Shown here one piece after another: positions 21,982 through 36,040 of a stretch of DNA of 64,000 nucleotides. A model generated the notes under the pieces. That model ran no database searches, had not been told where the DNA came from, and saw nothing but the letters and a program-made list of their open reading frames with translations. Each line of letters starts with the position of its first letter. Position 1 is the first letter of the stretch. The stretch spans positions 4,488,944-4,552,943 of the forward strand of contig OZ316894.1 of NCBI GenBank assembly GCA_973895155.1, in the 5' to 3' direction. Position numbers and translations under genes: made by a program. The stretch comes from Marsupella aquatica (lineage: Eukaryota; Plantae; Marchantiophyta).

Positions 21982-23500
21982 GAGATATATACTTAGTGGA
22001 CCTCCAAATGCAACTTTTTCTCTTAATGGACCAAAAGTTGCACACGCCCTCCCAGTGGACCCCAACATTTAGATTCTCTCCCAATGGACCCCGGGGCCCA
22101 CTCCGTACAAGCATGTTCTTCTGAAACACCTTACCACACGATTCAGGTCCACTACGTACCCTGTGGACATTGTGGTTGGTCATGTGTAGTAGGCCATCGA
22201 TAACGTCGCAGTCCACAAGCGTCGTAGCCCTGGCCGCAATCGAGCTCTGCAACATCATGATTCCTAGTTTTTGTGAATACAATATGGCTATTGTATTCAA
22301 ACTACAATAGCCGCAATCTAGAACAATACAACATGGTCAATGTATTCACGTACTCTACGCATGCAATGACACGTACGTCGCGATTCTAGGTGGCGTCTAC
22401 TTTGGATACATAGTGGACATTGTATTCAAAGATCGCACTTAAACAAAGTCAGGACTCCCCTGCCTTACATACAGGCAGCAAGGCTTGCTATAATGAACAG
22501 AACCAAAACCTGTTCAACATAGAACAATATATTTGTGTCTTGCATACAATATGCATGTTGTATGCACATTTCCCCTGACTTTACGATGAAGACACCCCCC
22601 TGTCGAAGCCTTCCCAAAATTAATGGACAAAACTTATCATATTACAACACAAAAATATGATTTGTCATGTATACACTTTGCACGTTGTATTCGGATTTTC
22701 ACACTTAGGAAAAAAATTGTCCCTCCGACTTTACGAAGACGCCCCCCGCCGAAGCTTGCTCAAATGGACAAAACCTATTGTATTTCAACATAGAAATATG
22801 ATTTGTCATGTATACACTTTGCACGCTGTATTTAGATTTCACACTTAGAAAAAAACTTTGTCCCTCTGACTTTACGAAGACGCCCCCCTCCGAAGCCTGC
22901 CCAAATGGACAAAACCTATTGTATTACAACACACATATATGATTTTTCATGTATACACTTTGCACGTTGCATTTGGATTTCACAATTAGAATTCTATTTT
23001 GTCCCTCGGACTTTACGTACGAAGACGCCCCCCACCAAAGCCTGCCCAAATAATCAAAACCTTTTGTATTACAACACACAGATATGATTTGTCATGTATA
23101 CACTTCAAAAGTTGTATTCAGATTTCACACTTAGAAAAAAAATTTGTCCCTCAACTTTACAAAACGCCCTCCCCCCCCTTCCGCCCCCCCCCGGCCAAAG
23201 TGACGGTTCATGTTTGTATGCATTGTGGTCAATGTATACATTGTGGGATACATTGATTCACTCGGAACTGCAATCGTAGTCGACTGCGTTCGGCGATGCG
23301 GTCGGACACTGAAGAACATTAGAACATGCTGCGTTTTACGGTGACAATCTCGCGCTATAAGAACTGCACAATGTGTTAGAAGAACATCTCACACGAAATG
23401 GCACCTCTGGTGGGCCCGGAGGTCCATTGGGAGGGCGTGTGCAACTTTTGGTCCATTAAGAGAAAAAGTTGCATTTGGAGGTCCACTAAGTATATCTCTC
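21982..23500. mobile_element. Non-autonomous Mutator-like element (MULE), ~80-bp TIRs, 10-bp TSD
   Basis: Left end GAGATATATACTTAGTGGACCTCCAAATGCAAC... is the inverted match of ...GTTGCATTTGGAGGTCCACTAAGTATATCTCTC. TSD CCATAAAGTA at 21972-21981 and 23501-23510. Confidence 0.92.
22575..23170. repeat. ~140-bp tandem repeat, about 4 copies, inside the MULE
   Basis: ACTTTACGAAGACGCCCC...ATGATTTGTCATGTATACACTTTGCACG recurs at ~22577, 22728, 22868, 23009 and 23153. Confidence 0.9.
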
Positions 23501-24440
23501 CCATAAAGTACTTATTATTGTGCATTGTCATTCCTGGCAATCCCCTTTATTTATTGCTTGGAAAACGTGTCACTCTTTACTTCACACCAAATATAATATA
23601 ATTTTGGTTCATTTCTTCTCTTATCAGATTCTTTGATTTTTGTGCCCTTCAAATTCAAATGACGACCACTATAAAAAGGCGCAATAAAAAAGCGCAACTG
23701 TTTATTATAGAAGTTAATGTTCAAATTTAAAACTAGGGTGACATTTTAGTTCTAGCCATCCAGTACAATTCAAGTCTTTTATGGAAAATCAAACATTACA
23801 ACACTTCAACATCTGGGGCCAGGGACCAGCCAATTAACCAGGGTAGAATGTTCCTTGCTTGTTGATATTGCATGACACTTCATAATTGGTGGCTGCCTCA
23901 ACCAAGACAGTGAGGTCGTGGTAGTGGTACCTAAGATTTGAATGTGAAAAATAAAAGTGAAATCTGAAAAGTTTAACTTATGTTTGAGAGTACTAGGGTA
24001 AACAGAAATAAAACTATCATTCTTTCCAAATATAGAGAAAAATACCAACCTAGAGTTTTTCTGGTTTTGATCAGGTTCAACACATGACTAAATATAATGA
24101 ATTTGGTATTAAAAACTATTTTGGAGGAACTTCAAATTAGTGATTTCTTGCTACAGAGTCAGTTTTTTCCCAATCTTCCGAGCTACATTTATCTATTTCA
24201 TTTTATCTTCTTGATACACATGCCTGCCGAGCCTGCTTCAACTCGACCGAGCTTCCCAGAGCCGGAGAATCGGATAGCCGCCGCCAAGTAAAACATTTAT
24301 ATATCACAGAGCTAAAGCTAAGGGGAAAATTCTTTCACCAAAAGCTTTTCGTTCATGGATCGTGACTCTCTAAAATCATAGGTCATGAGGTCGTTGTTGG
24401 TTTCCCTCGAAATCCTCTTCATTTTGATCATGTTCTCTAT

Positions 24441-27400
24441 CTAGGCACACAATGTACTTATGATCTGCACTACTTTTTGCATAATTCTTGCAAATGAGCT
24501 AACATTGTCTGCAGAGTCCGTGTCCGTTTCCTCACACTCCTCTTCATTTCCATCACGTTCATTATGTAGATACGTGACTACAATACAATTAGAAAGAGTC
24601 CTTGAATTCCCCTCCCAAATCAGAAAAAGCAATTGTTCTCCAGTACTGAAGGGATGACATCCAGAGCTCGCACAGGCTCCACAAGCACGAACACACATTT
24701 CTGGGAACAGCTCTGTGGCCAACTTGCTCCCCAGCACATACCTGATTTCTCCTCCTGTTCCTGTATGAAACGCTATCGTCCTTGCCTCCTCCCATTCCTC
24801 CCACTTCACAAGGTAATTTATCCACCTTGCATAGTGTTTCCCGCAACACTCCAAGAAGCATTCTACTATGCTCCATGAATCCGTTGATACGGAACGAAGT
24901 TTGAGAGACTCCAGTGGTGTGGATGTCTGGCCTTCAGACGTGCAGCACCCTCCCTCCACTGACGACACCTCGCCCACCGGGTGCGGCATTAGTTGCAGGC
25001 TCCCACACCCATATATAGAGAGATGACTCAAGGAAGGTGCCAAGGCACTCCAAGATTCTGGCAACCGAGCCAACTGAGCAAGGCCATCTAGAGCTAAATG
25101 CCGGAGCTTGCATAGCTTGCCCAAGCACTCGGGTAGCTTTCGAAGTCTCTTCCACCCCCTTATGCAGAGTGTTTCTAGACTTGTCAAGTTCCCCAAGTCA
25201 GAAGGGATCACCTCTGGGAGATCAAATTGTACCAATTGCAAAGTATTGAGCGATGACAAGTCCTGCAATGCACTGAACAGAGTCGGAAGAGAAGATTGCG
25301 CGTAACCTGTGCCATCCAAGCTAAGGGTAGTGATCGCTTGAAAAGCAGGTGATTGAGATGGAAACATATGAACTCCTGATTGTGGTCGCCAGTCTCCCGG
25401 ATCCAGAGCGCTCTCATCTCCTCGGTCTCCAACCTCTGATTCCAGGAAAAACGCAGAAGTGTTTGATGAAATCGCTGGCAGGATAACTCTGTCGAGACTT
25501 GACAACCTTCCAAAGGACCGTGGAAATCCCCGCCACTTGGTCGAAGTGACATGAAAAGAACGCAAAGCAACCAGATCTCCGATATTTCTTGGAACGGTCG
25601 TTAGATTCGTGTACTGCAAAGACAAACGACGTAGAGAATGAAGCCTACAGATGGAATCTGGGAGTTTCTCCATAGGAGTGACGTCCAGGTTCAGGCTAAC
25701 TAAATTTTGGAGTTGACCTATGCTTTCCGGCAACGAGCACAACTGCGTTGCGCTAAGATCGAGGACTTCCAAACTTTTGAGATCACTGAATGACTCTGGC
25801 AGGGTAGTCACTTCCGTGCCCTGAAGCTCAAGCTTCCGTAACATCTCAAGGTGACATACCCCTCGAGGAACTTGCTTCAGCAGAGTGTCGCCAAGTTGCA
25901 AGGACGTGAGTCTCTTCAACTTCCCAAGGTCCCTTGGTAGCCTACTCAAGCCTGTCCTGTTCAACCCCAAGTACTCCAGATGGTTGGATAGTCCGAACGG
26001 CAGCTCCGTTAACAATTTGCAACCTTCAAGCTCTAACCAAGTGAGCTTTCGTGCTTGCACAACATCAGGCGGGAGGGACCTCATCGATTTACAACATATA
26101 AACTCCAGAGCTACTAGATTCTCCAAATGGGTGAAATCCACAGGGCAAGCAACAAACAGGCCATTTTTCCACCGCAAATAGACCAAAGATCTCGGCAATT
26201 CCAGCCTCCTCCCTTGCGTACTCACGTCTTCGAGGATCAAGTATTCAAGATGAATATAATTCTGGAAGGTGGTCCGTCGAAGCGTAACGAATTCATTCTC
26301 CAAGGGATGAAGCAAAAGAGCCGAAGTTTCCACAATCCCCTGCACAAGCCATGCGGCTCAAACTTCAGCGATTATACCATGAAGCATCGTCTCGAGCAGA
26401 GTAAGGTCTACTAGAATTACCAAGTTTGTCAAATCTCCAAGAGAGTGGAGTTTAAGACTTTTACACAAATACATTGTCACAAACGGGCCTATTTGGTTAG
26501 CAGAGTCCAATTACCTCATGATTAGTTACCAACTGCCTCGCAGTAGATGACTCAGATATCCTTAGCCATTTGTCAATGCCAAGGCCCGCCGGACATGCAA
26601 TGCTCTTCCCAAGATCTCTCAGGTGTTGGTGCATCTGAATATTACCCTTGTCCTGGTAGGCAAAAAATTGCTCCTCCAGATTCTGCAATGCTAAGTGAGA
26701 CGTTCTTCGGCACCCCTTCCAGATGCATTTCAACAAGGAACATGGAAACCCATGAAAAATTGTGGCAATGTCCAGAAACATCTGTCTCTCAGAAGCTTGG
26801 AGACCTTCGTAGCAAAGCCTCAACTTGGCCCAGAGTTTCTCATCACGACCAGCATTAATTTCTTCAGCTTCGTCTAGCCTGGTCACTAGATCGTCCCAGA
26901 GTTGCCTGTCACAAAAGTCCCGCTTACTAATGCAAGCCCCCAAGATCTTGAGAAAAAGAGGGTAATTGCCACACTTCAATATGGCTTGCTGGATATACTC
27001 CTTCAAATCCTCAGGTCCATCTCTATCCCCAAAAGCATAATGACAAAACAAATCTTTTGATTCATCAGCACTCAAGAACGGCACCTTGAAAGTATTCTGT
27101 GGGCTCCTCAGCCAGGGAGTTGTCGTTGCTATACTGGAGGGATTTGTTGTCGTCACAATTATTTTACTAGACTTCTTTTGTAGCCAGGTTGAAAGGCACA
27201 AAGCATCTAGCTGGTCCTGTGAGTCCACATTGTCTAGGACCATCAGAACCTTTGTATTGCAAAAACGATGAATCATGTGCGACCTATTTATTGTGGACCC
27301 TCTGTCGGCTTCTCCTAGTTCTTCTCGAATCTTTTTCCATATATATTGTCCTGGGCTTGCAGTTGCTTCAATACTGTCCAGCGATACAAAGCAACTAACT

Positions 27401-28577
27401 TCGTAGTTGTGCCGTATCTTGTGGAAGACGTGTTGGGCTAACGCTGTTTTCCCAGAACCACTTAAACCAGCTATGAAGATTGTTCTTGTCTCTCCTCGGG
27501 CCAACATCCTTTGCACATCTTCCGCACGACCTTCTCTGTCAACATAATACTGTAATTGAGCATTGACGTCATCCCCGGCTCCTCTCTGAAGTAACCCATC
27601 GTCTTTTATCTGGACTCTCCAATTTTAGGAGCAATCAATTGAATATTACTCACAGCTCAACAAGATAGAGAACAAAATTCCTTTGATCAAAGGAAAACAT
27701 TTAGTCCATGGCTGGTTCAGAAGGGCTCACAACCACAGTAACCTTATGTTCTGAGAACAATTCGTCTGCTGTTTGCCACAACCATGCATGTGCTACACGT
27801 TGAGATAATCTTACCTTTCTCAAAAACTCACAGAGACGTCGGAATACACTGTCATTTCTCCCCTTTGGTTTGCAGATCTCATAATGATCTCCTGGAGCAG
27901 AATAGTATCCATCCATGTATGCCCTTGTGGAGGCTTCACAACCCACATGGATATACTTTCCTATGCATTGCTGCGCGAGAAAACACATCATGACAATGGA
28001 CTATAAGCAGACACTAAAAACGTGTATCTGAGTGCAATTTTGGCACATCCAGAGGGTAAGAGCTGGGGGATCCCGATGTCCTCTCGAGGATAATAAGCAT
28101 AACACTAAGTACAAATCATATCAGCACCTCAAAATCCACAACCATGACCATGACCGCACAGTACTGTCTGATGAAGATATCCTTACATCAAATATAGCAG
28201 ACAATATATAAATCACCGCTCAAAATATGACGACAAACAGTAATTGGAGCAACCGATAAAACGGTAAATAGATAGAGCTTACCACATATGTTTCTCTTGA
28301 TTCACCTATTCCATAAGTTGACCATTTCTTCTCCGACTTTAATTCAATGAACGACTCATTTCTTCTTGTGCTAGACGCCTTGAGACTCTCTATCTCTTCT
28401 GACAGTGCACCGACACCTTTAAAACAATCGTGTAACATGTCGCCAAGCACTGACCCAGTGTGGGGAGTCCCGTAGAAGAACATTCCTTTCAGATTTGAAA
28501 ACAAAGCTTCAGCACGGTGTGCTCTAGGCTTTCCTGTTTTTCTACGACAAGCGTTCTCCGCAAGCAAACAAATTTCT
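24441..28577 (-). CDS. HNL copy 2, 5'-truncated (hydrolase N-half and exon 1 missing); intact NB-ARC and LRR; possible pseudogene
   Basis: Exons 28283-28577 (partial), 27815-27970, 26515-27609 and 24441-26339 are open and in frame. Homology to copy 1 stops at 28577, just after the GHCLGG position in coding order, so that motif is absent. Confidence 0.8.
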
Positions 28578-29614
28578 CAAGCGGAATTCATAAGCCTTCG
28601 ATGTTGATTTTGCCCTCTGCTATTGACAATAGAACCTGCAGATAGTACTTGCTCGATGGAATCGCTCTGTTTATGTGGAACACTACCTGGAACGACCATA
28701 TTAAAATGATTACGAGCGTATCAAAGTAGGAACTAGCCTCTGGGATCCAGGAACTCTCGTCTTCGATTGGGAGAAGGTCGGCGATCCGGGAATGCGATAC
28801 TGGTCCGCGTATCCCTACTCAGCGTGAGTGGTGATGAGATTTGAGAGAGGAAACGTTGGCGGTTGGGCAAACTCAAGTTTTGCCGAGGAGCCTGCAACAT
28901 GCTTACCTCCGGGCAAGGATGTTGTTTCCGGGTTCCCTCAAATCTAGAAGTTGAAGATACTCTACAAGAGAATGTTCTCCTTTCTACTGATTCAACTTGA
29001 AATCTGGGAATAAGTGAAACACAAATAACTCTCGATCTGCCGTAGGCCTTGGAATCTGTCACTTGCTTCGTCATTGCTGACTTCAATACAATGTGCCGAT
29101 GCGATTCTATTTCAACCTAGTCTTTGTGTCGGACTGTAGCAATGGAATATAGCGATGTCGAAACCGAACTTTAAAGTCAGAGAACTCTGCGTCAGGCTAT
29201 GCCTGCTAGAACTACAAAGGAATGTCCACGAAAGGAAGGCTCAATCTTGCAATTGAATCGATCTGGTCAAGATGCTCACCCCTAGATCAGTGGTAGTGCC
29301 GAGCAGAGGTTTAAATGAGACACGACACGAAGCTCAATTTCCCGATGGAGTGTTTCCTTAGGAAAACATTTCCTTTTTCTCATAGTGAGGAGCAGGTCAA
29401 AGTTTGTGCTATAACTCCGGCAGAACGGCACCCTCCTGCTGCTCCGGAGCAACATGGCAACAAGGTAACTCTCTTCTGAGTACGTGAGGACAGACTCGAA
29501 GGGGCTTATGGCGCACCGGGTCACATTGTCCTTGGAAGCTTCCCGGTGCGTGCTGCCACACGTACCGTGAGCCTCTGTGTGCCCCACCGCCAAGGACTCA
29601 CGTCTTCCCTCCTG

Positions 29615-29675
29615 TCAGTGGGTCATTTTAATATCCAATTTGGTGGACCAATTCAATGCGTTCGAACGCGTTGAG
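29615..29675 (-). promoter_or_regulatory. Putative core promoter of HNL copy 2
   Basis: GGTCATTTTAATATCC and AACGCGTTGA are homologous to 15884-15932. Confidence 0.35.
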
Positions 29676-30169
29676 ACTTTTTTTAAGATTTGTTCATTGA
29701 GAAAAGATGTAATCTTGCTGTTGTGCTGACTCGGGTGCTGACTTTTCGTAAGAACATGCGACAGACAAAGTCCATCCCGAGGGTGTGAAGAACTGATGAG
29801 TACTGCAGAAGAGTAAAGATGCTGCTCCGGATTTTAATTCTTCCATGAGTACAATTTAGTAGCAACATATGCGGATGATGACCGTTATCATCCACTTTGT
29901 CACTAGAGACAGTTGAGACGATTCCTTTCCAACCAAAAAGTCTCAATCTCATACTTTGAGCTAGATTTGTATCTGCAGACTTGACAGGCTCTTCGCATGC
30001 TGATCTAAATCTTCAAAGTGTAAGCAAGGGTAATTGCACAAAATAAATCAAATCAGGTAACTCCTTTACTGAACGAGCAGAGCATCCCCGTGCATGATCT
30101 GGTAGCAAGTTCAACCTTTAATCGATCAAATGATTGTCAGACTTCATGCGATAGACCAATTCTGTGTTA

Positions 30170-30800
30170 CTAAGCATTAAGAAATATAGAAATTCTAGAA
30201 ATATCAGATAACATGGGAATTGCATTTGTACCGATTTTACTGGATTTTCTGCTAGTTGTTTGATTAGCGAGTTCCAATTTCGAATAAACTAAGGACTGAA
30301 ATTGTAATTTAGCCCGCTCTGCCTGAGTAGTCAGGGTGTGAAAGTACTTGAACAAACGGCTATCAAGGAGGTCTGCTCCTTAACTATTTGAAGAATGCCA
30401 TGATGAGGTGTTGTGTAGTAAAATATCCCTCTAATTCTATTCAGAAAATTCTCAAGCTGAACCATGTCGTTCCTGGACTCACTTCTCAGACTGAGTGTCT
30501 CATGTGCGTCCGAGCATAATTGTTTGACTATCAGGCACCCAACAGAGCAACCTTGCACCTGACCAACCTTTCCTTGCATCAGATCTGATAGCAGGTTTAC
30601 CCAATCATATATGTCAAAGGTCTTCAGAGAACCTTTGCTCGGGTCATGGCCGTACCGAATGAGCCATGAACGTATCTGGAAAGGAACGTTGTGTACTCCC
30701 CATAAAACTATGGAATGAAGTTTGTGTTCTGGTGCTAACTTGAATGAAAACTGGAAAGTCTGCAGAACGGGTTTGAATGGATTGGAGCACTCTCCAGTTT
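30170..30800 (-). pseudogene. alpha/beta-hydrolase (SERAC1/PGAP1-like, HNL-type) pseudogene fragment
   Basis: NLLSDLMQGKVGQ..GCSVGCLIVKQLC...FLNRIRGIFYYTTPHHG, with internal deletions and a frameshift near 30350. Confidence 0.75.
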
Positions 30801-32271
30801 CCATTTCGTTAGGTTGCTCAGTATCACACACGTTCTGTGCTTGATATCTTTGGAGAACAACGGAACTGCGAAAAGTGACCGAGAACGAGGTCAAACTTGG
30901 GGTCGGACGGATTGGGGATGCCTATTTCGCTTAGATTTCAGGCATATCAAGCACAGCACTCTCAAAGATTCACTTCAATCTTCTTACATATAGCCAGCAA
31001 ACACCATATTGTCCAAGTCGAATCTTGTTCCCATCTACACCAGTGTGTTCACTTCCACTAGCACAACTTCCTGGTGCTTGAAATTTCCGCAGAAACGGAT
31101 TCAACACTAGGGCATCGCAAAGTTTGCTTCTCCAGACGCTATACAAATAGACAGAACCAATTCGGCAAAGTTTGACAATGGCCCACACTAAACAGGGGGG
31201 ATTATGCTGTCTAGAGAAAGTACCTGAATCCTCATTGACTCCTGAGTGCCGAGAATTGTTTCGACGACCTCGTACTACGAACCGAAACAAAGCACTGCTG
31301 ACCAGAAAACAGGAGACAACAACTGGGACATCGCGTGCTTTCTCTATGGCCACCACGGTCCAAACTACCAGAGTAGGTCCATCGCTAGCTTAAGGGGGAG
31401 GAGGAACTCTTGTAAGATGCTTGCCTTTACGATCTAGTGCTTTCTGTCTAAACCTTGCCAATGACCCTAGAATTTAAGTATCAACGGTTCGATTGAATCC
31501 TCCATATGACGGCTGCTCAGAGGAACCAACTACCTTCAAAATTAAATGGTGGACGCTTCAAAATGACATCATCCACCGTTCTCTATTCTTTCGTTCCGAT
31601 CTCATATAGTGCGCAAGTCATAGCTTAGCGGTGCGGCAAACAAAGGCCCTCGTAGGATTCGCACCAGAATAGGTCATCAGGCACCGCTACTCTTATGACG
31701 AATTGCACGATGAGCGCCATGTCATCATTGACATGTTTCGTGTGTCTTGAGGATTGATCAGGAAACTGAAATAACAGTCCAATTGTTGAAATTCCAACTG
31801 CCCTTGAAACTTTAATGGTAATCAATCATCTCTTTCATGTAGTTCGTTAAATTTACTGTGGTGCTTTCACAACTGTATGACATAATTCATTGTTCATCCG
31901 TGTAGCAAACAAAGGTATTCCTAGTGCATCGCTACTCTATCAAAATTGCATGATTTAGAGCGATGTGTCATTTGAAAGATTGACAAGTTCAGCTCCTTCG
32001 TGTGTCATGATCTCTCTCACTAAACCGAACAACAGTCCAACTGTTGAACTCTAAAACGCTTGCTAGCTAAGAATACACCTATCTGTTGAACTCTAAAACG
32101 CTTGCTAGCTAAGAAATCACGGATCTGGAAACCTTTGACAACCATTAACTCGTCCCGACTGACGCACCGAAATGTTCAATACACCAGTAACATTTCGTGA
32201 AGGGGGCACGTATCTACTGTTCACCGCCTACCGTGAATTCCAGTCAACCTCCTGAAGATGGAAGCATTACC

Positions 32272-33369
32272 AGGAAGCCATTTGAATAACGTTGGCGCAA
32301 CCAAAGTCCCATAAGGGCCAAGGTGACCTGGAGTGGAGCATCATGGTCGGTTTCAAGAGGTTAATCATAATACCGCTTAGCCAAGTTGAGATCCATAGGC
32401 AGGCTAAAGCCATGGTCATGCATTTAACCAAGGTTGAACATTGCTTGCGAATTCAGTCGCACTCGTGCCCTGTGATAAGCTTCTGCGGCGCGCTCTAAAT
32501 CTTTCTCTGTTCCCTGTGCATAGAAGTTACCATCTGTGTCAGCTTCTTACGACACAGACGAGGATAGCGTATTTCGTAAAATCGACTTATAGAACAACTG
32601 AATTGTTTGGACTCTTACGGAGCCTGGACTAATTGACCTTAATGCACCAACAGAATGGGAGGACGCGGAAGATCATGCGGCTTTTTGCGAGATGACAAAT
32701 TGACAAGAACGTCAGAATTTCCAGCACCATAATAGTTTGATAGGTTTGGTGTAAGCCATACCCTCCCATATAGTAAGCATCTCCCATCTGAGGCATGACG
32801 CCAATGATCATGTGCGCGCTCGTGACGTTCTTTATCAGTGCAGACGCCTGAGTTTCCAATGCTTATATCCTCACTGTAATATTTGTCAAGAATCCATGCC
32901 GCGTTGCTCTGTGAAACTTCGTATCCGAGTTCTGCTTCCCTTCAACTCTACTAATGTAGGCCCCACACCAATAACGATCCCCATAGTCCTCTCTCAGCCA
33001 CCATCTTGAACAGCTTCACAGCCTATATTCGAACGAGAGAGTCAGAATACAAATCGAAATGCTTTCGAGCTTCTTCCACATCTCTTTTCAATCCCGCGCC
33101 TTTCAAATAGAGAACTCCTAAATTGTAATGACCATTGGGGTAAATAATTAGCATCTGCCGCTTTTGTAAATAATTCTCTTGCCTGTGTAATGACAAGGAA
33201 CCAAATCATCATCATCCACTGCCCGGAACTTCTTGAATGCTTTGCTCTCTTCTGATCTATCACTCAGTCGCACTGGCTCGAGTATGGGACCATCCTTAGA
33301 ACTCATAACTCTTGCCATTGGAGTAGCAAGCTCAGCATACAGTTTGACATCCTTGTCGTTTAAGTGCAA
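32272..33369 (-). pseudogene. HRD3: HRD3/SEL1L (ERAD component) pseudogene, internally deleted, retains introns
   Basis: Manual translation gives DKDVKLYAELA..SKDGPILEPVRL; AVKLFKMVAERGLW; [30 protein letters not shown]; GDAYY; QAMFNLG*MHDHG..DLNLAKRYYD*; VTLALMGLWLR. These match plant HRD3 motifs but contain several stops. Confidence 0.88.
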
Positions 33370-34979
33370 ACACGACTATACAATGTTCATGTGTTTCACA
33401 ACGACCTAGCTAATCCGGCTGACATATTGAACGATTGCTGAATCCAAATAACGTACAGTGTAATTCTCACATGAGGCTATCGTATTCACTTTGTCACACT
33501 TGATTGCCAGAAGATATCATTCAATTCAAAATCCACCTCAAACACCTAACTTATTCGGAGCAGTGTTGGCTCCTGTCGTGAACGCAATTTTAAAATAACA
33601 TTAGAGAGCACGTTTCCGGATCATAATCCTGCAAGGTAGCAGAAGGTTAACGTCATCAACTTCTCAGGAACATGGGCAAGCGGGATGACCATTCCGACTC
33701 CTCATTTCTGACCCGTTTGGAAGCATCTAATCGAAAATCAATCAATCCTCTTTCCCCTGTTAAGGTGGATTCTTTCTCACCGATCCCGAATGATCGAGCC
33801 CAATTCCATAACTCCGCTCTTCCACAGAACACAATAGCGGAGGCACATTTCTGCTCTCGGGCAAGAACACTCAAAGAAGTCCACAATTTCGGCCGCTTCG
33901 GCAGCACCAAACACTCGAGAGACTATTCCCACGAATTCTTCCGACGAATAAACCGTACTCCATCGATTCTTCCGTTTCTTTCGATGGATAAACGGAATCC
34001 AATCGACGCTTCCACAGAATAGAATGGCGGAGGGAAAAAGTCCGCTGCTCAAAACAACACCAGAAGTCTAGGATCTGATCGCACACCTGAATCTGCTGAC
34101 ATTGGAGTTGAGATGAACAGAGAAGAGGGCAAACAAGACGTCACCGATAAGGTTCCACAATCATGGAGTAAAGCCTGGATGGACCACCATGTGGAGCAAA
34201 TGACCTCGATGGACCACTGCAACATGGATGTGCTATCCAGAATTGCTACCATAGACCACTTCAATATGGCCTAGTTGGGTGGGCTAAGAGGGTGTTTCAA
34301 AGTTCCAAGGTTAACTACAGTAGTGAGTTATGGGTTAGAGACACAATCCTATGGATTTCTAAATCAGAGTTCCCTAACATTCTCTTCTTAATAGACATCT
34401 ATAAGATGCCCACTCTTTGAATGTTAATAAAAAGGAATCATCATTTTCATATACATAATATCTCATTTTTCTTTCCATTCACATAAAACTTGGTGTGCCC
34501 TAGAGTCACAATCTAGATGTTTCACTCTGGAAACCTAGACCCCAACTCTAGTTTCTCATCACTATTAGTTGAACAGATGCCATAGGGCTGGGCACACAAA
34601 AATTCAAATTAAATGATTTACTTGACGACGAGAATAATTATAGTCAGATGTTATGATCAAATCCTCTTTGCTGTATTGCCCTAGGATTGAGAGGTCCTAA
34701 TATTTAGTTTCATTTGCTTGTGGGTTATGACTTATTTTAGTCAAATGTTTCTCTACATTTAGTGCAACTCATGAAAGTACTTGGTAAAAGCTGTTAGACC
34801 AATGTTTAGGCCACTAAATCAAGGAGCATTCTAAGCTTATTTTATATCTGTTGGCCACTAAAATTCTTCCAGGATTCCCCATCATGGGTCTCAAGTCTTG
34901 TCACAAGAGTGAGTTTCTTTTAGATTTAATTAGTAAATGAGTGATATGGAAACCAACTGCAGTACTTTGAACTCCCGTC

Positions 34980-35230
34980 ACTGGATGGAACACCACTTTG
35001 ACAAATGATTGTGATGGACCACTCTGACACTGGATGGACTTTCCAAAGATAATACTTTGGACTCAGAGAGTATTTGGACAGACCACCAGGTTTGGCACTC
35101 ATTGGACCACCTGACCTCAACTAGATTGTCCTGAAATATTATATTGGACTTAGACAGCATTGGATGGATCACCATATTTGACAAAACACGAGATGGACCA
35201 CCACAACTCAGTGGACTGTCCCAAAATGAT
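34980..35230. repeat. Degenerate tandem repeat (TGGACCACCAC / TGGACT motifs)
   Basis: GATGGACCAC-like and TTTGACAAA motifs recur. Related motifs occur at 34170-34260. Confidence 0.5.
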
Positions 35231-36040
35231 ACTGTGTAAATGCTCTCACTTTGGTGCCAAAAGTGACTTGGTCAATTAGGGTTCTTAATCCCTAAACCTT
35301 GTGGTCCATCTGCACATCAACTTCTTCCTTTCTACAAGAAAAAGAAAACTAAAAGAAAATGAAATAGACAAATAAGAGTGTATGACTTGACTTCTGGTGT
35401 GTCTGTCAAAACGATCACCATTGCCCAGCTCTTCATTGTCATTTGCCAATCTCAGAACGCTTACTCGCTTTCAGCACCTCTTTTTGCCCCTATGTATTTG
35501 TTGAGTTGGAACCACCGGTCCACTAATCTGCGTCCATCTGAGTATGCCATAACTCTATGTTCAGTGAGACTAAAACCTTGCTGTGCTTAACTCACCCAGT
35601 GCCAGGCCCTCAAATTGACTCTCTCCACACCATTGCCAAATGACCAATCGCCCCCTTTCATGTAAACTTAATCGACATAGACCAGTATACCAAAATCTGT
35701 GTGAGGTGTGATATTTGACTATGAAAGGAAAAAACAAATGACCCTACCCCCTCCTCGTGTAAAGCGCCCCCGCCCCCCCCCCCCCCCCCCCCCCCCCTTA
35801 AGCCATGCATGGATGGACAAACTGTTACGGATGCTCCAACCTGAACGACAAGTTCCAACTTGAGAGTGTTTCATGGACAAATGATGATTTCTTGGTGAGT
35901 CCCTTGGTGAGTCCTATGACAGAGCGAAGGACGAACAAGATAAATTTTACCAAATTGTTTCTTCTTGAGATACAATACAAATGTTGCAATTTAATTAGTG
36001 TCTTCATGGTGAATGTTGAGGAGTGTCTTGGCATTGGAAT

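Larger units (their letters stand above)
19829..23711 (-). mobile_element. Non-autonomous Helitron with nested insertions
   Basis: On the minus strand it starts TCTATAATAAA and ends GTGCAACACACGGG-TATTGAG-CTAG|T. The interval is absent from the paralogous flank of copy 3 (~42925). It contains internal AAAAGATGTCGT-type repeat arrays. Confidence 0.75.

Noticed and set aside
35658-35858. Poly-Gly ORF
   Set aside because: Produced by a C-homopolymer tract (~35767-35797), with no coding support.
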